Shown here: one piece after another, positions 56,670-64,000 of the stretch | Numbering within the stretch: the stretch's first letter is position 1 | Layout of the letters: every line of letters starts with the position of its first letter | DNA from: a virus | Taxonomy: Duplodnaviria; Caudoviricetes | Length of the DNA: 64,000 bases | Virus record (IMG/VR): IMGVR_UViG_2684623050_000001 | Coordinates: 32,001-96,000 of that record | Direction: 5' to 3' (one strand) | Translations under genes and position numbers: made by a program | Notes under the pieces: model-generated | Told to the model about the DNA's origin: nothing | What the model saw: the letters and a program-made list of their open reading frames with translations, nothing else | The model's database searches: none

Positions 56670-57548
56670 TTAAGCGGCTTCGCGGACGTCGACGTTGCCG
56701 TCGTAGTCCTGATCGAAGACGGCCTCGTTCGCGAGAAGCTTGCGGTGCTGAATCCAGCCGCGCAGGTTCCCGTGAAGGTGCGGGTTCTTCCAGGGCCGCT
56801 TCGTGAGGCCGGTGGAAATGTCGGGCGTCGCCTGGTGCTCGGCCGGCGAGGCGTGAACGGGCTTCGAGACGACGAGACGCTCGTAGCGGGCGAGCTCGGC
56901 CTTGAAGTCGCCGTTGCCGTCGAACGGCTCGATCGTGAGCCGCGCGCAGCGGGCGGTGGAGAGGACCAGGAGCTCCTGCACCGTGAGCGTGCCGCGCTCG
57001 TTCTCGGAGCAGTAGGGCAGGTGCCACTGACCGTTCTGGAGCAGGCGCGGGCTCGACAGCGCCATCGCGGCGTCAATCTGGCCCGCAAGCACCTGGATCT
57101 CGGGCTGGGCGCCGGCATCGAGACGCAGGGCGAAGAAATTCTCCCAGTCGGTCGAGGTCACGAGGACGTCGATCGAGCCGAACCATTCGAGCGGCCGGTT
57201 GGCCCACTGCTTATGCAGGCCGACGCCGGTCAGGATGCGCACGCCGAGCTTGGTCATGTGGGCCATGCCGAGCCAAGTCGCCTGGGCGACGAACTTGCGC
57301 CAGCCGGTCATCTTCTCGACCGAAGCCATGCCCGGACGGTTCATCTCGTAGCCGAGCGGCTGGACGATCGACTCCTGCAAGAGCCGCTTGACGGGCACCG
57401 CGCGCGAGGAGCGGCCGTTCCGCGAGAAGACGCGGTGGGTCATGAACTCGGCGTGGATGAAGCGCGGGTAGCGCAGGTGAAGCGTGGTCAGACGAACGCC
57501 GTCGGGCGACAGGCTGTCCTCGATCACGCGAGCAAAGATCGTGTTCAC
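56670..57548 (-). CDS. thyX: Flavin-dependent thymidylate synthase
   Basis: RFIHAEFMTHRVFSRNGRSSRA, HKQWANR, LRLDAGAQPEI. Confidence 0.92.
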   Translation of the reverse strand: MNTIFARVIEDSLSPDGVRLTTLHLRYPRFIHAEFMTHRVFSRNGRSSRAVPVKRLLQESIVQPLGYEMNRPGMASVEKMTGWRKFVAQATWLGMAHMTKLGVRILTGVGLHKQWANRPLEWFGSIDVLVTSTDWENFFALRLDAGAQPEIQVLAGQIDAAMALSSPRLLQNGQWHLPYCSENERGTLTVQELLVLSTARCARLTIEPFDGNGDFKAELARYERLVVSKPVHASPAEHQATPDISTGLTKRPWKNPHLHGNLRGWIQHRKLLANEAVFDQDYDGNVDVREAA

Positions 57549-57720
57549 GTTGATGTCCTCTATGTGCGGGAAGGGGAGGAGCGTTGGGCCGAGGGCGCAC
57601 CTGCAAACCCTCGCTCCTCCCCGGTGCCTGTTCCCAGGCAGCGCTGCGTGTCTCAGTCAGCGCTGACTGATTTGTTATAGCGAGCGAGACGCGGCGTTTC
57701 GCTCGAAAAAGTGCGGAAGC

Positions 57721-60309
57721 TTACGCTGCCGCCTTCTCGTCCTCGTCGCCCTCGCGGAAGTCGATCGGGCAGGCGCCGGCCCCGCAATCGACGTGCTCGA
57801 AGCCGATCTCCTCCTTGACCGCGTTGTCGTTCGCGATCTCAGCGGCGATCTTCTCGAACTCCAGCTTCGTGACCGGCTGCTCGGGCTGATACTCGTAGGC
57901 CGTGGTGTCGGACTGCGGCATCACCGAGCAGCAACGGATCGAGAACTGGCCCTCGATCAGCGTGGTCAGGAACTGGTCGAAGCTGACGGTCTTCGGGTCA
58001 TACTTCAACGTGTAGCTGATCTGGTTCCCGGACTCCTCCAGCGGGGTCTCGCCGTCATCGTCCACGCCCGTGAGCCAATACTTCTCCAGCAGGCGCAGGA
58101 ACTGATACTGCTCCTCCGGGGTCGCCTCGGCCGCGGTCACGACCCATTCCCCACCGTCCAGTTCGCAGATCGTGGGCTTGGTCGGGAAGCCGACGATCGT
58201 GGTGCCGGAGTAGGACTTGAGCTCGCGAACCGGGTAGCCCTTCTCGCGATAGACCTGGATCAGCGGGTCATCGTGACGGAACTGCACCCAGCGCAGGAAC
58301 TCGCGCATCGACGGCAGGTGCGCGCCCTCGGTCAGGCCGAACAGCTTCGACGTGGTGCCGGCCGGCTTGAACGTCGTGTTCGTGTGCGGCACGACCACGC
58401 CGAGCTCCTCGGCATACTCCTCGGCCTCCTCGACGATCGCCCGCTTGAAGCGCGAGACGGTCTGCCAGAGCTCCTGCGACTTCTCCTCGTCGATCAGGTC
58501 GTGCCAGGTGAAGCCGAAGCGAGCGTAGGCCCACTCGTGGAAGCCCGTCATGCCGACGCCGATGCGGTTCGTGCGCTTGACCTCGCGGCCGTAGAGGCAG
58601 TCCATCAGGTTCGTGCGCATCAGCATGCGAACGGCCGTCCGGAAGGCGTCCTCGGCGTCGTCGTCCCAGGCCCAGAGCCGCTGATCGGCCGAGAGATCCT
58701 GGTCGTTGCGCCAGAGCGTCCCGGCGTGGAACGGAACGACGTCCGCGATCACGCAGTAGGCGCCGAGCATCAGCAGGCAGATCTCGCCGCAGGGGTTCGT
58801 AATCATCGGCCAACCCATGCGGGCGCAGGCCATGACCAGATCCTTCATGAGCGGCAGGGTCTCGGGGTCGAGCTGGAACTTGGCGCTCTCGGCGACGAGA
58901 CCGTCGAGGTAGCTGTCGAGCCCGTCCATCTTCCGGGTCAGCTTGTCCTGGTTGATGAAGCCCGGCTCGCCCGTGCCGTCGTGATAGGCGGCATGCGCAG
59001 CCGCACGCAGCACGCGGTAGGCGTGAGCCTCGTCCTCGGTGATGCGGGCGAAGAAGCCGAACGCCCGGCCCTTACGCAGAGCCTGGAGACGCGCTTCGAG
59101 GATCGGGCCGTCGGCGTAGCCGGCGCACATCGCATGGACCTTGCGGACCGCGGTCCGGAACTCCTCGTCGATCGTGACCGAGTTGTTCGAGCTCCAGAGG
59201 AAGCCGCCCCGCTTGATCGAGATGAAGTCGAGGACGGAGCGATCCTTCCAGAACTTCGTCGCCATGCGAGCAGCGCGACGGGCACCGCCCACGAGCACGC
59301 ACTCGGCCGCGTAGTGGTCGGCGTAGAGAGCGGCCAGCCACGGGGCCATGCCGGCGTCACGGACGGCCGCGATCGACTTCACCGCACCCATCAGCGGGCC
59401 CGGACCCGACGCGGGGCGCCCCTGCATACCCATGATCGGGGCGCCGTTCGGACGGACATCCGAGAAGTCGAGGATCAGGACCTCCTCGCGGCGACGCTCG
59501 AAGGCGAAGCGCTCGATGATCTCGATGGCCTTGGCCCAGCCCTCGCGGCTGTCGGGCACCTTGAACGTCGTGATCTTGCGGCCCTGGTAGAGATGACGCG
59601 CGTCACGCTCGGTCAGGAAGCCGGTGATCTTGCCCGAGGCTACGTCGTCGTGACCCCAGCCGATGACCGGGACGACGATCGGCATCTGGTTGAGATCGGC
59701 GCGGATCATCGCGTCGGAGTAGTCGCGGCCGACGCCCGAGCCGTTCAGCAGCAGGTAGAACAGCAGGAAGGTGGTCGCCGAGGTCGAGCAGTTGGTGAAG
59801 ACCTCCATGTTGCGCGTGCGCTGGGTCTCGTCGCCGTGCTGCAGGTGCCGGCCGGACATGAGCAGCGAGGCCTGGCGCAGGTGATGATGCGAGCGGTCGA
59901 ACTCGCGCGCCCAGGCGGGCGGGTTGCTCGTCCATTCCTCGTTGGTGCTGGTCGCCTCGGGGTCGAAGTCGGGCGACAGCATCGCGTTGCCGATCGCGAC
60001 GCGGCGCGCCACGTCGGCCCATTCCTCCATCTCGATCTTCTCGTGCGGGATGAACCAGCCCTGCACGCGCTCGCCGTCGCCCGAGTCCACGAAATACTCG
60101 GTCGGCGTGCCGTAGCCCTGCGCCTTGGCGAAGCGGGCGATCTGGCTGTCGAGGGAGGTCTTGTCGTCGCGCGGGATGTCGAAGGTGACGACGGTCTCGG
60201 CCGAGACGGGCTTCTTGATCTTGCGGTTCACGGTCCGGTCGGCGACCGCCTGCCCCATGCCGGGGAAGTAGGAGCGCGCTTCGGGAATGAGGGTGTTGGT
60301 GGACGTCAT
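57721..60309 (-). CDS. nrdJ: Class II (B12-dependent) ribonucleotide reductase
   Basis: NC, NPCGEI, KPAGTTS, C-terminal CGAGACP. Confidence 0.93.
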   Translation of the reverse strand: MTSTNTLIPEARSYFPGMGQAVADRTVNRKIKKPVSAETVVTFDIPRDDKTSLDSQIARFAKAQGYGTPTEYFVDSGDGERVQGWFIPHEKIEMEEWADVARRVAIGNAMLSPDFDPEATSTNEEWTSNPPAWAREFDRSHHHLRQASLLMSGRHLQHGDETQRTRNMEVFTNCSTSATTFLLFYLLLNGSGVGRDYSDAMIRADLNQMPIVVPVIGWGHDDVASGKITGFLTERDARHLYQGRKITTFKVPDSREGWAKAIEIIERFAFERRREEVLILDFSDVRPNGAPIMGMQGRPASGPGPLMGAVKSIAAVRDAGMAPWLAALYADHYAAECVLVGGARRAARMATKFWKDRSVLDFISIKRGGFLWSSNNSVTIDEEFRTAVRKVHAMCAGYADGPILEARLQALRKGRAFGFFARITEDEAHAYRVLRAAAHAAYHDGTGEPGFINQDKLTRKMDGLDSYLDGLVAESAKFQLDPETLPLMKDLVMACARMGWPMITNPCGEICLLMLGAYCVIADVVPFHAGTLWRNDQDLSADQRLWAWDDDAEDAFRTAVRMLMRTNLMDCLYGREVKRTNRIGVGMTGFHEWAYARFGFTWHDLIDEEKSQELWQTVSRFKRAIVEEAEEYAEELGVVVPHTNTTFKPAGTTSKLFGLTEGAHLPSMREFLRWVQFRHDDPLIQVYREKGYPVRELKSYSGTTIVGFPTKPTICELDGGEWVVTAAEATPEEQYQFLRLLEKYWLTGVDDDGETPLEESGNQISYTLKYDPKTVSFDQFLTTLIEGQFSIRCCSVMPQSDTTAYEYQPEQPVTKLEFEKIAAEIANDNAVKEEIGFEHVDCGAGACPIDFREGDEDEKAAA

Positions 60310-60396
60310 CGTGTTGCTTCTTGCTCTCGGTTCAGAGGGGCACGCATCGTAAATAAGTCAGTGATGACTGACCATTCTTGACACGCGAAAAACGGC

Positions 60397-60963
60397 CTAC
60401 GCTGCCATGCGGAATGAGCCGCGCATCATGGCGAGCGAACGCCGAAACTCGTCGGTGAGGACACCGGCTTCCGCCACGGCGATGGCGTCGGCCAGGTGCT
60501 CGTTGTCGGCGATCAGCGGACCGGTCGCCTTGCCGCGGGCCCGCAGCCAGTCGGCGTGAGGATACTTGGCGACCATCGCCTCGATCATCTCACCCTTGCT
60601 CGCGTAGGGCTTCACGACGGCCTTGGTCTCCAACGGCATGATCTGTGTCACCGGAATCGGCGACGAGGCCAGGATGCCGACGACGATGCCGAAGGCGCGG
60701 CTCGACTTCGCGTCCTGGGCGCCCGAGGGGACCTCGGTGAAGATCGCGCTGACACCGGCCGCTTCCTGAAGGAAGGCCGTGGACAGCTTCTGCGACCGCA
60801 CGAGGTCGTCGGCCGTAACGCGGACGGTCTTGTTCGGGTTCTTCTTGGTCACGATCAGCCGCAGCCCGGTGAGTTCGAGCTCCAGGGTGTCGAGATCGAG
60901 CAGCATCCGAGCCATTCCCCAGTGGGTGAAGCTCGGATCGTTCGCAAGGATGGGGATCTTCAT
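60397..60963 (-). CDS. ruvC: RuvC-like Holliday junction resolvase
   Basis: NDPSFTHWG, TEVP, ASKGEMI, EHLADAIA. Confidence 0.85.
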   Translation of the reverse strand: MKIPILANDPSFTHWGMARMLLDLDTLELELTGLRLIVTKKNPNKTVRVTADDLVRSQKLSTAFLQEAAGVSAIFTEVPSGAQDAKSSRAFGIVVGILASSPIPVTQIMPLETKAVVKPYASKGEMIEAMVAKYPHADWLRARGKATGPLIADNEHLADAIAVAEAGVLTDEFRRSLAMMRGSFRMAA

Positions 60964-61256
60964 GCGTATGCGCCCCAGTTTTCGGGGACGTCCTCTGGTT
61001 CGGGAGCCGGCAGCGGCGCCGGGTCCATGGGAAAATTGGGATACCGACGAATGGCCGGCGTCAAATCGGTCATGAACTCCCTGGAGTAGACTTCCAGGGT
61101 CATCGAGGCCGGACGGGTCACGACGCGATGAGGGGTCGCGTCGCCGCACTCCTCGAACCGCATCGTCTCAGCCGCACGCATCTCGCAGTTGCCGAGCTGG
61201 CCCTTGAAGACCGTGCCGTCGTCGAAGGTGATGGTGACGTTGGAGCCGGGGCGCAT
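60960..61256 (-). CDS. Hypothetical protein ending WGAYA
   Basis: 98 aa, coupled. Confidence 0.5.
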   Translation of the reverse strand: MRPGSNVTITFDDGTVFKGQLGNCEMRAAETMRFEECGDATPHRVVTRPASMTLEVYSREFMTDLTPAIRRYPNFPMDPAPLPAPEPEDVPENWGAYA

Positions 61257-61831
61257 CAGAACATGCCCCAGCTGGCGTTGTCCTCGCCGAGATCCTCACG
61301 GGTCACGACGATGGCTTCGAGCTCCTTGCGCTCGGCCTCCTGCGCCAGCCGGATCTGCTCGCGCTTGAACTCGACCCGCTGTCGGGCCTCCTCCTGAAGC
61401 CGCGGCTTGATCCGCTGCGCTAGGTCGGCGACCAGCATGTCGTATTCGTTCCGCCCGATGTAGTCGTTGCGGTCGCGCGCCTTCCACGGCTGGCTCGGGT
61501 TGAGCCTCTGATGCTGGTAGGCGGGGCCGGCATCGTCTCCCGTCCGCAGCCGGATGTAGATGACGTCCACCCAGAGATCCTGGATGTCGATGAAGTTGCC
61601 GTTCCCGACGATCATCACGCCGCTGGTGTCGGTGCTCGCCTTGGCGATCTCGTGCTCGGGCGTGTAGTGGACGTCGGACACTGCCATCAGCGGACCTCTG
61701 CGGCCCTCGATCGCGCCCGTCGTGACCTCGAAGGGCATCCCGTTGATACGAAACACCCGGCCGTTCTCGTAGACGCCCTGAAGGAGCGCCTCTTGCCCGA
61801 TGAGGCCCTGGAACTCCTCGGCGAAGGGCAT
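61256..61831 (-). CDS. Hypothetical protein ending WGMF
   Basis: MPFAEEFQ...DNASWGMF. Confidence 0.6.
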   Translation of the reverse strand: MPFAEEFQGLIGQEALLQGVYENGRVFRINGMPFEVTTGAIEGRRGPLMAVSDVHYTPEHEIAKASTDTSGVMIVGNGNFIDIQDLWVDVIYIRLRTGDDAGPAYQHQRLNPSQPWKARDRNDYIGRNEYDMLVADLAQRIKPRLQEEARQRVEFKREQIRLAQEAERKELEAIVVTREDLGEDNASWGMF

Positions 61832-62328
61832 TAGAACATGCCCCAGGCGTCGTTGTCCGCGTAGCGCTCCGACTGCTCGACCAGAGCCTCGGCCTCGCGC
61901 TCCGTCTCCTCGCGCTTGAGGCGGTCGAGGGTCTGAACGGCCAGGTAGTCGACGTAGGAGGAGAGCTGCCAGCCGGCCGTGTCGGCGTCCTCGAACCCAC
62001 CGGCCTTGGCGCAGACCTGGCTCAGGCTGACGGCGAGCTTGGGCAGGAACCGATCCACGTTCTTCAACGGGATGTCGATCACCGGCCACTCGTCCGAGTC
62101 CATCAGCTCGAATTCGAGGATGTAGGGGTCACGCTTGCCGCGGCGCGCGCTCTTGAACAGCAGGTCGGTCCCGCCGTTGAAGGGCACGGTCTTGCCGCTC
62201 TTGGTCGAGCCCTCGCCGAAGTGAGCGTAGAGCTTGGTCGGGCCCGGCAGCATGTGAGCTTCGCCGGTCGCCGCCTTCTGCAGGATGGCGAGAACCTCGT
62301 CCGCCGCCTGCTCCTCGATCTCTGTCAT
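61831..62328 (-). CDS. Hypothetical protein ending WGMF
   Basis: MTEIEEQ...DNDAWGMF. Confidence 0.65.
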   Translation of the reverse strand: MTEIEEQAADEVLAILQKAATGEAHMLPGPTKLYAHFGEGSTKSGKTVPFNGGTDLLFKSARRGKRDPYILEFELMDSDEWPVIDIPLKNVDRFLPKLAVSLSQVCAKAGGFEDADTAGWQLSSYVDYLAVQTLDRLKREETEREAEALVEQSERYADNDAWGMF

Positions 62329-62367
62329 CTCCGTTCCTCAGTCAGTGCTGACTTACTAGATATAGCG

Positions 62368-62571
62368 TCAATGAAGCGGCTTTTCACATCGCTTCAGTTG
62401 GGCTTTCACGTTGGCGAGGTTCCGGTGATCGGAAGGGGTCGCCGACGTGATGATGAAGCAGCCCGTCAGGACGTAGGTCCAGCGCAGGTGGTTCTTCTTC
62501 GTCTTCTCGATGGTCCAGCCCTCGCGCTTCTTCTGGCGCGCGAGAGCGTTCATGTCGCCCTTGAGGCTCAT
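62368..62571 (-). CDS. HicA-like small protein
   Basis: GWTIEKTKKNHLRW...SATPSDHRNLAN. Confidence 0.65.
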   Translation of the reverse strand: MSLKGDMNALARQKKREGWTIEKTKKNHLRWTYVLTGCFIITSATPSDHRNLANVKAQLKRCEKPLH

Positions 62572-62873
62572 GGCGTCACCTGCAAGCCGTAGCCCGCAAG
62601 GGCGGCGTCGATCTCCTTGATCTGGCGCTCGAAGTAGGTGCGCATCAGCGTGCGCAGAACATCGAGTTCCGGCTCCCCGTCGAGGACGATCATGTCGGCC
62701 TCGTCGCCCGGACGCTTGCGCGTGGCATAGTCGCGCATCGGGTATTCCAGCTGCACCCGCACGAACTCGGGTCGATCCCGACGGTTGAGAATGCCGAGCT
62801 GCGTCGCGTAGTCCTTGCGACGCCGCGTCATGGACGCGATGGCTTCGAGATCCCGGCTGCTGACGGACTTCAT
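62568..62873 (-). CDS. Hypothetical protein
   Basis: 101 aa, coupled. Confidence 0.5.
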   Translation of the reverse strand: MKSVSSRDLEAIASMTRRRKDYATQLGILNRRDRPEFVRVQLEYPMRDYATRKRPGDEADMIVLDGEPELDVLRTLMRTYFERQIKEIDAALAGYGLQVTP

Positions 62874-63157
62874 GCGGCGTCCTCGATCTCGACGCCCATC
62901 TCCGCGAGCTCGTGCTCCGTGCGGTCAATGACCAGCTCGAAGTGACGCTCCATCGTGCGCAGCAACGCGAAGCCAAGGTCGGTGTTGAAGCGAGCCTCCT
63001 CGACGAACGCCTTGCGAGCCGCCGGCGAGAAGATCACCTTGGCATGAGCAAACTCTTTGGTCTGACCGCGCAGCTCTGCGGGGAGCCGTTCCTTGGCGTG
63101 CTTACGCTCGCTCGTTTTAACAGCGATCTTCTGGATCTGGTCAGTGGTGAGCTTCAC
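62870..63157 (-). CDS. Hypothetical protein
   Basis: GTG start, MKLTTDQIQ... Confidence 0.5.
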   Translation of the reverse strand: MKLTTDQIQKIAVKTSERKHAKERLPAELRGQTKEFAHAKVIFSPAARKAFVEEARFNTDLGFALLRTMERHFELVIDRTEHELAEMGVEIEDAA

Positions 63158-64000
63158 GCTGCGATCTCCTCGATAACGCTGTCGCCGCGTGCCTTCTTGC
63201 GGACGACGATGGTGTTGCGGACCCAATCCTTGAGATCGGAGTGGCTGATGATGAAGACGGTCCCGCGCTCGCGAGCCTTCTCCTCCAGGATCATCGTCAG
63301 ACGCTCGATGCCGGCCGGACACAGGGCGTTGTCGATCTCGTCGCCGATGAAGAGGTCGATCGGCTTCGTGGCGCGCGAGGCGACGAGATCCTGAAGGGCC
63401 ATCGCCGCAGCGATTCGGACCTTGCGCTTCTCGCCGCCCGAGATGGCCGCGAACTCGTCGCCGCCCTGGTCGTGGGTGACGTCGATGGCGAACCGCTCCT
63501 TCAGGTTGCCCTTGGCGTCCTTGGTCAGGGTCGACCAGGTGGCGTGGCAGTTGCCGTCGGAGAGGGCGCCGAGATACTTGGCCGTCTGCGAGTTCAGGAA
63601 CGGCGTGATCTCGTCCAGGAGCTCGGCGCGGGCGCCGGCCGGGGCGAACACCTTGGCAACCGCCTCGGCGACTTCGAGCGCCACGGTCGCCTTGCCGACG
63701 TGCTCGATCGCGTCCTTGACCTCCTGCTCCAGCTGCAAGACCTTGGCCTCGGAGCGCTCCTTGGCCGCGAGATGCGGATTGACCTCGGCCTTGAGCCGGT
63801 CGATTCCCTCCTTGATCGTGCGCGCCTCGTGCGACTTGGCCCGGATGTCCGCCTGGAGCCGGTCGTCGTCGCGCAGGGATGCTCTCAGAGCGTCGCACAG
63901 CGCGTTGGTCGCGCTGACGTCAGTCATTGATGCGCGATACGCTTCCAAGCGCTCAGTGACGCTCTGATGCGATTTCAGCGCTGTTTCATGCGCTGCTTTC
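63154..64000 (-). CDS. sbcC: SbcC/Rad50-like (gp46-type) recombination ATPase, C-terminal part
   Basis: Coiled coil then ISGGEKRK signature, DEIDNAL, IISH; start lies beyond the right edge. Confidence 0.88.
   Translation of the reverse strand, partial: KAAHETALKSHQSVTERLEAYRASMTDVSATNALCDALRASLRDDDRLQADIRAKSHEARTIKEGIDRLKAEVNPHLAAKERSEAKVLQLEQEVKDAIEHVGKATVALEVAEAVAKVFAPAGARAELLDEITPFLNSQTAKYLGALSDGNCHATWSTLTKDAKGNLKERFAIDVTHDQGGDEFAAISGGEKRKVRIAAAMALQDLVASRATKPIDLFIGDEIDNALCPAGIERLTMILEEKARERGTVFIISHSDLKDWVRNTIVVRKKARGDSVIEEIAA

Larger units (their letters stand above)
2811..62355. promoter_or_regulatory. ~31 copies of an 18-bp palindrome T(A/C)AGTCA-N4-TGACT(G/T)A
   Basis: Starts at 2811, 3393, 3430, 7196, 8163, 8220, 11104, 13086, 16414, 18238, 18280, 20261, 24194, 25168, 32556, 34270, 35710, 35801, 35845, 37715, 40211, 44455, 48061, 49837, 50551, 53796, 53842, 55682, 57653, 60354, 62338 (some with 1-2 mismatches). 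Confidence 0.92.
27317..62387 (-). promoter_or_regulatory. Family of ~16 GG/CC-depleted promoters: weak -35 + GCC box + 17-bp spacer + -10
   Basis: -10 hexamers at 27317, 28942, 31416, 32591, 34305, 35758, 37732, 38698, 42395, 43435, 44472, 47655, 49812, 53817, 57674, 62359; e.g. CTGAAA-CGCCGCGATTTTGTCGC-TATAAC. Confidence 0.75.

Noticed and set aside
57793-60381. 862-aa plus-strand ORF and other long antisense ORFs (e.g. 9584..11161, 32566..34272, 51628..53823)
   Set aside because: Shadow ORFs of high-GC genes on the opposite strand; no motifs, and the real genes have clear family signatures.
1-64000. tRNA, integrase, Rep, transposase, intein or reverse transcriptase genes
   Set aside because: None recognised by eye in this window; they may lie outside it.

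Overview
A 64-kb, GC-rich segment of a large temperate siphovirus or phage-plasmid. Gene content and order resemble the SSU5/pHCM2 type. The host is inferred to be an alphaproteobacterium such as Methylobacterium, from GC content and C-terminal AA degrons; this is not proven. Left to right: tape measure (truncated), tail, head, portal and terminase genes (1-13.1 kb, minus strand); a predicted DNA-modification module (wHTH, GNAT, Tad2-like DUF2829, ABC ATPase, two ParB-like proteins); a plus-strand block (SF2 helicase, dNMP kinase, kinase-like protein, ParA and an RHH-like partner); a repeat-rich control region (23.6-28.5 kb); and a long minus-strand early/middle arm (many small genes, HerA-like ATPase, SLT, DnaQ-like exonuclease, HAD nucleotidase, rIIA/rIIB, dUTPase, ThyX, NrdJ, RuvC, SbcC). 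The strongest unexplained signal is a 1.5-kb island (23673-25201) with no GG or CC dinucleotide. It encodes three Gly/Pro/Trp-free proteins, one a paralog of an ordinary neighbouring gene. About 16 GG/CC-depleted promoters each keep one GG at the same spacer position, CCRYGG-dense blocks flank the island, and about 31 copies of an 18-bp palindrome are spread across the window. Together these suggest GG-directed virion DNA modification coupled to a transcription cascade (inference). All counts were made by eye.
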